Shown here piece by piece: positions 7,731 to 14,343 of a stretch of DNA of 14,343 nucleotides. The notes below the pieces were generated by a model. The model saw only the letters and a program-made list of their open reading frames with translations, was not told the origin of the DNA and made no database searches. The stretch's first letter is position 1. The number at the start of each line of letters is the position of its first letter. This DNA is from a virus, in IMG/VR virus record IMGVR_UViG_3300045988_063730, positions 1-14,343 of that record; one strand, 5' to 3'. Made by a program: the position numbers and the translations under genes.

Positions 7731-9365
7731 TTAAACAATTGTATTATTCAACGTGTAATTGCCTACATTTGCGTGATTATGCCATATAGTAACACCACGT
7801 CTACAAGCATTATTTATAATATCCATATATTTACTTGGTACTTCTCCGTATCCTATTTCTTCACTTGCGCCAATTTCAACATAGTTCCAATATCTACGAC
7901 CAGTAATATTAGGTAATTCCAAACTTTTTATTGCATATCCAAATCGTGTAAAGTAATCGTCTATTATTTTTAAATATTCTGTCTTTGCTCTCATTTCTCT
8001 AAATGTAAATTTATTTCTATTACAAGCCCATATAACGTCGCCAGTTGCTTGACCACCAGCTATATTAGGTGATAAACTTGCTTGGTTAAATTGTCCTATT
8101 GTTCCAGCTACTGTACCTGCCACGCTAGTAATAGCACCAGCTACAATAGGTAAAGTTGCACCACCAGTAGCAATAGCAGTAGCAACACCCCCAGCAGTTA
8201 AGACTATACTTGCAACTAAATTAACACCGTTTTGTGTTAGCCAATTTGTGAAAGCGTCAGAAGACCAAGCACAAGTTGGATATTTCCCCGTTGGTAATGC
8301 TTCGTCGTCGTTTGTATTCATATTTTTATAATTTTTAGGCACTAAACGACCACTACCACCAATAGCAATACTAAATTGGTTTTCAAAAACACAATTTTCT
8401 GTTGTAAAATCTTCGTATTTATATATGTTATTACTTCCATTATTATTACTTATAAATAAATAATTATATGGATATACAAAACATTTATTATTTTTAGGGT
8501 TAAAATCACTAAAATTATGTCTTTTATTTATATTTGTATTAAATTTAGTAGGTATTATATCATAATTTAAAGTATACCAATTAAAATTTTGTTCCCCAAC
8601 TGTTGCGCTATGTTGTACTAATTGACTTTGAGTTATTGCTAAATTTGGTATAATAAACATATTTTTTACATCTTCTATATGTCCGTCTGAATTAGTCCTT
8701 AATATAAATAAAGCTAAATCAGTAAAGCTAGATAAAGATGTTATATTAAATAAATACAATTTTTCTCCAAATACTGTATTGTCATAAACACTAATACCAG
8801 CGTTTTGTCTACCTTTATTTATTGGTAATACTTCTGTGCCGTCGCTTCCGTCTTTTATTTCCCAATTACTTAATACACCTACATAATAGCCATATTCGTT
8901 CCCATAGGTTTCATCTTCTGTTTCTTGTTCTTCTATTACTTCCCCTACGTCTAAATTTTCGGGTATGGTATGTAAGCCTATTGTATCGTCGTTTACGTGT
9001 TGCCTATTTATAAAACATACTTTTTTATTCCATTTATCAAACCAAGTAGACCAAGCGTCTATTGTAAATGTTATTTCTGTGTTTTTATCTCCTTTGTATA
9101 TAACGTCGTCTATCCAAGCAAAAAACCATTTGTTAGAATAGTCGGGGTTTTGAAATGCGATATAGTTTGCTTGTAAACATTGTGCATAAGTAAAACCAGC
9201 CATTATAGTTCCCGTGTTTCTTAAAAAAGAATAATTTTCGGCTTGCGCGACTAGATGTCCTTGACTTATGCATAATTCTAACATTTGTGCTTCTGTATAG
9301 GAAAGTACGTTAGTATATTGTCTGTCAATATTTATATTTTTTACTAATATAATTTTACTATTCAT
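7731..9365 (-). CDS. Tail knob / tail tube protein (phi29 gp9-like) with long hydrophobic membrane-penetrating segment
   Basis: 'YTNVLSYTE', 'ITFTIDAWSTWFDKW', 'HTIPENLDVGE', and the glycine/alanine-rich hydrophobic stretch 'LVASIVLTAGGVATAIATGGATLPIVAGAITSVAGTVAG'. Confidence 0.92.
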   Translation of the reverse strand: MNSKIILVKNINIDRQYTNVLSYTEAQMLELCISQGHLVAQAENYSFLRNTGTIMAGFTYAQCLQANYIAFQNPDYSNKWFFAWIDDVIYKGDKNTEITFTIDAWSTWFDKWNKKVCFINRQHVNDDTIGLHTIPENLDVGEVIEEQETEDETYGNEYGYYVGVLSNWEIKDGSDGTEVLPINKGRQNAGISVYDNTVFGEKLYLFNITSLSSFTDLALFILRTNSDGHIEDVKNMFIIPNLAITQSQLVQHSATVGEQNFNWYTLNYDIIPTKFNTNINKRHNFSDFNPKNNKCFVYPYNYLFISNNNGSNNIYKYEDFTTENCVFENQFSIAIGGSGRLVPKNYKNMNTNDDEALPTGKYPTCAWSSDAFTNWLTQNGVNLVASIVLTAGGVATAIATGGATLPIVAGAITSVAGTVAGTIGQFNQASLSPNIAGGQATGDVIWACNRNKFTFREMRAKTEYLKIIDDYFTRFGYAIKSLELPNITGRRYWNYVEIGASEEIGYGEVPSKYMDIINNACRRGVTIWHNHANVGNYTLNNTIV

Positions 9366-9368
9366 TTT

Positions 9369-10464
9369 CTATCTCCTTATCTGAAAATCTATAACTTGTT
9401 TAAAGTCTGTACCTACCATATCGTTAGCATAAAAAATTTTGTTTTCCTTAAATGTCATAAACAAGTTACGTAGTTTTTCGTTTTTTATTGATATATTGTA
9501 TATATCTCTTTGCCAGTATCTAGATACTTTTATAACATCAGAAAATACAATTATTTTATTAGAAAATTCTTTATAATATGGACGGATAAACCATATAGGG
9601 CTTGTTTTTTCTTCCTTGTCTACTATGTATTCGCATAAAAACTTGAAACTTTGATATTGAAAGCCGAAACGATATAATACATTATAATTATTATAACTTT
9701 TTGGCAAATGTGGTTGTGGGTGCGTTTCCCAAGCCCCAGTATTTATCATTTTGGCGTTAGTTCCAATAGTTCCCGAAGTTTTGCCAGTAGATAAGCAATA
9801 TTCAAGTGCTATCTTAATTGGTGGGTTTCCTTCTACTACGTCGGGTATTTCTTTTACTTGTATTGTGCCTTGTTTTTGTGCGCTAATTATATTATGTAAG
9901 CCCCAGTCGTTAATATATGGGCATACCCTAGAAATTGTATTACCTACTAGCCATAGTCTTACTTTTAAACGTTTTCTATCTACTGTCGCATAAAAATTCA
10001 TTAGTTTATTACTTTCATTAGGTAAATAAGTACTACGGCTCATAAATTCTTCAAATATAATGTCTTCTACATCTAAATAACTTGCACCAGCGTAATTTTG
10101 TTCTGTCGATAATGCTACTACATACCCTATTTTATCAAATCTTTTAGTTTTACCCGTTTCGTTATCGTATATCGATAAATATAAATTTTTTCTATATAAT
10201 GTTATACAATTATATTTTCCCTCTGTTAATTTTGCTACATCTACATCTTGAAAATATTGTTCTATTTTCTCGGACGTTATTTCCTCGCGTAATCTACGCA
10301 TTAAAATAAATCTTTTGCCAGTTTTTAAATATTTTTCTACGGCTTTTTTGTGTTTTACTTGATAGCTTTTCCCGTTGGAACGCTCGCCGTATATCAAGTT
10401 AATTCTAGCACCGTATCGCGTCTATTTTATCTATATTATAATGGACGTTCTTTTTATTCGCCAT
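9369..10464 (-). CDS. DNA packaging ATPase (phi29 gp16-like), about 364 aa with one CGGN +1 event; ATG at 10464
   Basis: MANKKNVHYNIDKIDAI[G]ARINLIYGERSNGKSYQVK...; Walker A GERSNGKS, Walker B-like VEDIIFEEF. The track start at 10397 is only an internal TTG. Confidence 0.88.
10410..10413 (-). other. Recoding site 5: in-frame CGG read as 4 nt (CGGT) just upstream of Walker A
   Basis: gac|gcg|ata|cggt|gct|aga|att|aac|ttg. (10464-10413)=51 nt, in frame. Unshifted reading gives ata cgg tgc TAG. Confidence 0.8.
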
Positions 10465-10645
10465 TGTTATTTTCTTCCTTTATATATAATCTTGCAATTT
10501 GGTTTTCGATTTCTTCTCTTACAGCTTTTACCTTTTCGTCTTTTAATCTATTCGTTAGTAGTCCTGCTCTGTCTACTTTTGTTTTTTTACACGCGCCCGA
10601 TACTGTTATTTTTGAAAATTTTTTAATAAATTCTAAATCTTTCAC
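10454..10645 (-). CDS. Small hypothetical protein with possible helix-turn-helix; GTG start at 10645 preferred (track start 10669)
   Basis: 'aaggagtgagaaaGTG' places an SD at good distance; sequence 'ITVSGACKKTKVDRAGLLTNRLKDE' resembles an HTH pattern; compact packing between polymerase and ATPase. Confidence 0.5.
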   Translation of the reverse strand: MKDLEFIKKFSKITVSGACKKTKVDRAGLLTNRLKDEKVKAVREEIENQIARLYIKEENNNGE

Positions 10646-10649
10646 TTTC

Positions 10650-12764
10650 TCACTCCTTATATTTTGCACGTTTACTAGAATTATCAGAAATTAAGTCGGC
10701 ATAATCTAACGCTTTCCCTAGTATGTATGTTGTCGGAACAATACAGCAACCGGCTTTTGTCTTCTACTGTATATTCGTTTCCTTGATAATCTATTATAGT
10801 ACATTTTTCTTGATTCTCGCAATACATTAGTAAATTTTTATTCGTATATTTAAAATCAAATATAAAATTGTCTTTAAATTCTGATAAATTTTTTAAACCT
10901 TGTGCGCCGGCTTTTAGGTACACCAGCTACTGTAATTTCTAATATTTTTGCTTTTTTTCCTTTTATTTCTTGTACGTTTGTATCTTCTTTTATTTTTTCT
11001 TTATCTATCCATTTCGTATAAGCATATTTTTTAGCGCCTTGCGTTATAAACTCGTCGTATTGTCCGTCGTTATCGAATACACCTAATATATGGCGTTCTC
11101 CTTTACTATCTTTCGGACTAAATTTTTCGTATGGTATATCTAGTAATTTACTTACGTGTTTTAATTTTTGTATTACAAATTTGTTATATTTTTCTATTAC
11201 TGTTTTGTCGTATCCTTCTTTTAATTTCATACTGTCAGTATCACAGTATACTACTTGTTCGTCTAGTTGTATTACATTTTTTAATAAATTAGAACGTGCG
11301 TATGCTGTAACCCAAACACCATAAGCAAAAGATAAAAAAGCCTTTTTCTTTTCTTCATTTAATTTTGCTATTATTTCTGCGTTTTCTAATTCTCTTTCCG
11401 TCCAGTCTAATTCATTATCGTATAATACTTCGTCACGTATCATATTAGTAACACTCATACCATACAAGGCATTAAATTTATTTTTTTCTTTTGCATATTC
11501 TACTTCCATACCTTCTACGTTTTTATATGCTGTTTTATTTACATATTTTTCTAAGACAAATTCTATAAATTGTTTAGGTAAATAATCGTAAACACTATAA
11601 TAACTTTCTTTTATTTCGTAACTATCGTATTTATAAGTATCTAATAAAAAGTAAAAGTCTACATCTGTTAGCGTAATTGTTAAACTTTCTGCTTCCATTA
11701 CACGCCCGTTATCGTATTTACCTTTTTTTATTTCTCTACATTTACTTTGCGAAATAAAATTATTATAATATTTACATTTTATATTTTTAAATTCTACTAC
11801 TAATATATATGCAAATCTACTTAACATTTGTTTTCTATCTTTTATCATACATTTTTGGAACTCAGTAGACGGGAATTGATGTGAAACTAAAATATATGGA
11901 TATGAACTCGTAAAATCCCAGCTTTCTATATTTTTTAGTATTTCGTCAACATATATCCAATTAGCGTGCGTGTATCCGTCCTGCAAATGATTCTTGTAAT
12001 AAATTATATATGTGTGGGTTTATATTTATTGACTTTTTAACTTTTCTTTTATAGTCCCAGTCTTCCGATATTCTTTCTTTTAGTTCTCGCCTTACGTGTC
12101 CCGTGCTTGTTAATGGTATTTTATCAACTCTGCCGTAGGTTTCTAATTCTCTTTTTATATAATAATATATAACTAAACAGTCATACTCGCAATAGCCTAA
12201 TTCTTTTTCTGTTAGTTTCGTTGCTGGCGTTCTAAGTAACGTATAATCTAAATCGCCTACTTTCTTTTCTACTGGTAACATAAATATTTTAGGTAATTGC
12301 TTTAATGCACAATTTGACATCTGATAAGTACATCTAATTTCTATGTTATAGTCTTCTAGTTCGCATTTCATAACTTTATGTTTTTTTCTTGCTACTACAT
12401 CTTTAAATCTAAATATACTTTTTAAATATTGAAATTCAAATGCTAAATTATGTATAAATACTATTTTTTTACTATTATTATAATAATCTAATCGTATTAG
12501 AAAACTTTTTAATTCTTCCCAAGTTCTACCGTAATATACTTCTTCGTTAATAGAAAACATCCAAATATACATACAACTTCTAAATTCTGCTAGTTTTTGT
12601 TCTTCCTCTGTTAATTCTAAATATTTTATTGCTGGTAGTATTCTACCGTGTAATATTAAATAACTTGATGTTTCTATATCTAACGAATATATAGTATTAT
12701 CTACTTTTTTTCTTTCGCCTACTATGTCCCCAAAATGATATTGAAATTCTTTATAATATTTCAT
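10650..12764 (-). CDS. Protein-primed family B DNA polymerase (phi29 gp2-like), about 703 aa with three CGGN +1 events
   Basis: ExoI LDIETSS, ExoII HNLAFEFQYL, ExoIII YCEYDCLVIYY, YxGG-like motif FAG[G]YTHANW, motif A WDFTSSYP, motif B NKFNALYGMSVTN, motif C YCDTDSMK, C-terminus ALDYADLISDNSSKRAKYKE. Three ORF-track pieces join in frame only through the CGG sites. Confidence 0.93.
10749..10752 (-). other. Recoding site 8: in-frame CGG read as 4 nt (CGGT)
   Basis: gac|aaa|agc|cggt|tgc|tgt|att. (10905-10752)=153 nt, in phase after site 7. It continues to TGA at 10650-10652 through LGKALDYADLISDNSSKRAKYKE. Confidence 0.87.
10906..10909 (-). other. Recoding site 7: in-frame CGG read as 4 nt (CGGC)
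   Basis: gta|cct|aaa|agc|cggc|gca|caa|ggt. (11974-10909)=1065 nt, in phase after site 6. Confidence 0.87.
11975..11978 (-). other. Recoding site 6: in-frame CGG read as 4 nt (CGGA) inside the YxGG-type motif of DNA polymerase
   Basis: ttt|gca|gga|cgga|tac|acg|cac|gct|aat|tgg. (12764-11978)=786 nt, in frame. Unshifted reading gives GRIHAR then stop. Confidence 0.9.
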
Positions 12765-12766
12765 AC

Positions 12767-13542
12767 TTAAATCTCTTTTCTTTTATCATTTATGGCGTTT
12801 ATTAAATAATTATATTCTTTGCCGTCTATTTTCCCTTCTGACATTAAATTTGCTATTATGCTTTCTACCTCTTGTAAATCATTTTCACTATTAGCATTGT
12901 TTACAAGTTCTATAACATTACTGTATAATAATTCTATTTCGTCAGTATTCTGACTACCTCTATATACATACTTTGTATATATTTTTCTTAGTATACTTTC
13001 TATGTTATAGCCTCTGTTCCATTGTATAATACTTTGCATTTGACTATAAAAAGTTTCATAATCGTTTTGCTTTTCTCTTGCTTCTTCTATAACTGCTAAT
13101 ACATCAGACCCGAGGTATAAAATTTGTTATTCCATTTACTTCTTTATCGTCAAAAAAATTCGTTAATGCTTCTGCTTCCTCGTAAGATATATCCGAAACA
13201 TCAGTACTAAATCTTGTTTTTAATGTTTTAATTGCTTTTTGTTTAGCTTTCTTTATTCCTCTTTTAGTACTAATACTACTATTTAAAAATTCTTTTGTAG
13301 CTTTTATAGTTGCTTTCATTTGTGTAACTGTCATAGATTTATTGGCTTTAACACGCCCAGAAACAGACCAAGCTTGCAACGGTTCGGTTGCAAGCTTTTC
13401 CTTTAAATATTTTGTAGCCCAAGTATCCTTCCCGAAACTCGCGTTCTAACCTTACTATACGTTGGTTAGCTCTTTTACTTAACTTCTTTAATTCACTAAA
13501 TAATTCTTGTTCCTCTCGGGTTAGTTCCTTCTTTTTAGGCAT
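12767..13542 (-). CDS. Terminal (DNA-primer) protein candidate (phi29 gp3 position), about 257 aa with two CGGN +1 events
   Basis: MPKKKELTREEQELFSELKKLSKRANQRIVRLEREF[G]KDTWATKYLKEKLATEPLQAWSVSGRVKANKS...ITNFIP[G]SDVLAVIEEAREKQNDYETFYSQMQSIIQWNRGYNIES...; immediately upstream of the protein-primed polymerase, as in phi29. Confidence 0.78.
13109..13112 (-). other. Recoding site 10: in-frame CGG read as 4 nt (CGGG)
   Basis: ata|cct|cggg|tct|gat|gta|tta. (13430-13112)=318 nt, in phase after site 9. Unshifted reading gives cgg gtc TGA. Confidence 0.82.
13431..13434 (-). other. Recoding site 9: in-frame CGG read as 4 nt (CGGG)
   Basis: gag|ttt|cggg|aag|gat|act|tgg. (13542-13434)=108 nt, in frame. 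Restores the QAWSVSGRVKANKS frame. Confidence 0.82.
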
Positions 13543-13566
13543 AATTTATTCTCCTTTACTACAAAA

Positions 13567-13974
13567 TTAAAATGGTAAATCGTCTGTTTTTTCTTCTTCA
13601 TTTTTTGTAGTTTCTTCTTTTTTGTTATTTCCTAGTACTGGTACTGCTTTATAAGTTTTACCTTTCTTTGTTTTTACTTCTGTTAGTCTTACGCTTTCTA
13701 CTTCTCCAAAATAATCTACTACGCTTTCTGTAAAGATTTCGCTACCACTAGATACTAAGCCGTATTCTTCTGTATCAAAATAGTTAATGTCAAATTCTTT
13801 TTCGTCTGTTACAATATGACATTTTGCGTATCCTGTTATTTTAACTTCTACGCCTACTAACTCTGATAATTTGATAGCTGTTAAATCTCCTTTCTTTGCC
13901 ATTTTCTCGAATAATACATTGTCGCAAGTTCCTTTCTTTTCGTTTACTGTTACTTCATACTTTCTTGTTTCCAT
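13567..13974 (-). CDS. Single-stranded DNA-binding protein (phi29 gp5 position), 135 aa
   Basis: Acidic C-terminal tip '...EEEKTDDLPF' is characteristic of SSBs; first gene of the replication operon. Confidence 0.75.
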   Translation of the reverse strand: METRKYEVTVNEKKGTCDNVLFEKMAKKGDLTAIKLSELVGVEVKITGYAKCHIVTDEKEFDINYFDTEEYGLVSSGSEIFTESVVDYFGEVESVRLTEVKTKKGKTYKAVPVLGNNKKEETTKNEEEKTDDLPF

Positions 13975-14213
13975 TTTATTTCCTCTTTCTTGCTATTAGG
14001 TAGCAAACCATAAATTTTCTAGCTTTCATAAGATATAGCTATAACTTACAATACTTATGTATTGGCGTTTTCACTAGGACGGCATATCGCTTAAAACCAA
14101 AATACTATATACGTATTAGTATGTTTCCCTACCCCTTACAACCATTATATTTCTTTCCTGTAACTGAAATATACAAATCTGTTACTATTACTGCAATGTC
14201 TTTCGACACATCT

Positions 14214-14242
14214 ATAATACTACAAATTGTTTTATATGTCAA
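14214..14242 (-). promoter_or_regulatory. Inward-facing sigma70-type promoter in the right terminal repeat, driving the replication operon
   Basis: Minus strand TTGACA (14242-14237), 17-nt spacer, TATTAT (14219-14214); mirror image of the left promoter. Confidence 0.85.
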
Positions 14243-14244
14243 GC

Positions 14245-14343
14245 ATATTTTAAAAATATTTTCAACGAAATGTTGTTCGTATTACATAATGTCAATATGT
14301 ATATGTTATGTTTACTTGCACATCTGTTTGGGGAATATATGTT
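14245..14343. repeat. Right inverted terminal repeat
   Basis: Exact reverse complement of 1-99. Confidence 0.97.

Noticed and set aside
8822-9993. Plus-strand ORFs within tail knob and ATPase genes
   Set aside because: Overlap strongly supported minus-strand genes.
10350-10694. 114-aa and 83-aa plus-strand ORFs across the polymerase/HTH/ATPase junction
   Set aside because: Long antisense frames over three minus-strand coding segments; composition is typical of noise. The sense strand explains the region fully.
10650-12764. Introns or inteins splitting the DNA polymerase
   Set aside because: No inserted sequence is present; the fragments join by a single-nucleotide offset only.
1266-13542. 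Pseudogenisation or random indels as the cause of the split genes
   Set aside because: Ten independent random indels would not all occur at in-phase CGG, all with the same +1 correction, in otherwise intact hallmark genes with conserved motifs on both sides.
1266-13542. Simple sense-codon reassignment of CGG (to Gln or Trp, as known in some bacteria)
   Set aside because: Reassignment alone keeps the triplet frame. Here the frame must advance by one extra nucleotide at every site, and unshifted frames meet stop codons soon after.
1-14343. CRISPR arrays, IS elements or rRNA/tRNA genes
   Set aside because: No spaced direct repeats, transposase-like ORFs or convincing tRNA cloverleaf/TpsiC signatures were seen by eye.

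Overview
The window looks like a complete, linear, AT-rich, phi29-like (Picovirinae-type, protein-primed) phage genome of 14,343 bp. Its ends are inverted terminal repeats (perfect over 99 bp), each carrying an inward-facing sigma70-type promoter. The rightward half encodes two small early ORFs, a glucosaminidase/LysM endolysin, a tail-lysozyme-like protein, a holin, a scaffold, the major capsid protein (MCP), the portal, the lower collar and a tail spike with a phosphodiester-glycosidase-like domain. The leftward half encodes SSB, terminal protein (TP), protein-primed family B DNA polymerase, a small putative HTH protein, the packaging ATPase and the tail knob. A bidirectional terminator separates the two halves. 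The main finding concerns five essential genes that appear broken: tail lysozyme, MCP, ATPase, DNA polymerase and TP. Together they have 10 apparent frame breaks. Each break sits on an in-frame CGG codon and is repaired by consuming 4 nt (CGGN) instead of 3, a +1 shift. By manual scan, no intact reading frame in the window contains an in-phase CGG, while roughly 60 out-of-phase CGG trinucleotides occur with no frame disruption. In several well-conserved motifs (NP-G-RW and GY-G-LVQW in the lysozyme, FAG-G-YTHAN in the polymerase) the restored residue is Gly, as if the C were skipped and GGN read. This suggests genome-wide recoding in which CGG is an unassigned/hungry codon that drives +1 frameshifting, or CGGN acts as a quadruplet Gly codon. 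No tRNA gene was seen, so the decoding capacity would presumably come from the host.
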